Shown piece by piece: positions 63,690 through 64,000 of a stretch of 64,000 nt of DNA. Numbering within the stretch: position 1 is the first letter of the stretch; each line of letters opens with the position of its first letter. Both the position numbers and the translations under genes were made by a program. The notes under the pieces are model-generated. The model was not told the DNA's origin, did no database searches, and was given only the letters and a program-made list of their open reading frames with translations. Location: positions 2,477 through 66,476 of the forward strand of contig JBIOYV010000102.1 of assembly GCA_044870335.1 (NCBI GenBank). The letters are read 5' to 3'. Source of the DNA: Burkholderiales bacterium (GTDB lineage: Bacteria; Pseudomonadota; Gammaproteobacteria; Burkholderiales; SG8-39).

Positions 63690-64000
63690 ATGAGGAGAAC
63701 GTTTTTTGCTGCAGCGCTCGCGCTCGCGGCGACGCTGGTCCAGGCGCAGTACCCGCAGCGCCCGGTGCAGCTCATCGTGCCCTGGGGCGCGGGCGGCGGC
63801 ACCGACGCCACCGCGCGCATCATCGCGACCCTGCTGGAGAAAGACCTCAAGCAGCCCTTCAACGTCGTCAACCGCACCGGCGGCTCGGGCGTGGTCGGCC
63901 ACGACGCGATCGCCAGGGCGGCGCCCGACGGCTACACCATCGGCCTGATCACGGTCGAGATCACGATGATGCATCACGTCGGCCTGACGCAGCTCAAGTA
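63690..64000 (+). CDS. TctC/Bug tripartite tricarboxylate transporter binding protein (partial)
   Basis: Signal peptide, YPQRPVQLIVPWGAGGGTD, NRTGGSG, PDGYT. Confidence 0.92.
   Translation, partial: MRRTFFAAALALAATLVQAQYPQRPVQLIVPWGAGGGTDATARIIATLLEKDLKQPFNVVNRTGGSGVVGHDAIARAAPDGYTIGLITVEITMMHHVGLTQLK

Overview
High-GC betaproteobacterial (Burkholderiales/Rhodocyclales-like) chromosomal window. It is mostly core genome: metK, two lipid A acyltransferases, dapF-DUF484-xerC-rlmI, hslVU, argB-slmA, gpmA-envC-ctpA-moeB, grxC-secB-gpsA, the caa3 oxidase cluster, rpoH-ftsXEY, rsmD-coaD-mutM, lolB-ispE-tRNA-Gln-prs-rplY-pth-ychF and gabD. Accessory parts are: (1) a lower-GC response-regulator island at 1-3.6 kb with two paralogs carrying an unrecognised N-terminal domain; (2) a truncated RAYT transposase bounded by perfect 22-bp inverted repeats, with the same repeat forming a REPIN-like doublet between hslV and hslU; (3) an 8-gene metal (probably Zn) cluster; (4) an MHYT kinase/NarL cluster with a shared 16-bp palindrome; (5) an orphan SoxYZ-like pair behind gabD and a desaturase. 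The best candidate for a new system is in the metal cluster. A DUF2946-like secreted leader ORF ends in QGPP, a RAPP-like arrest motif, and its last codons can base-pair with the Shine-Dalgarno of the downstream outer-membrane barrel/ZnuA/ZnuB-like operon, suggesting a ribosome-stalling metal or secretion sensor. Several genes are absent from or mis-started in the ORF track (zf-HC2 and CWC mini-proteins, CTG starts). All calls come from reading motifs by eye; no database searches were run.
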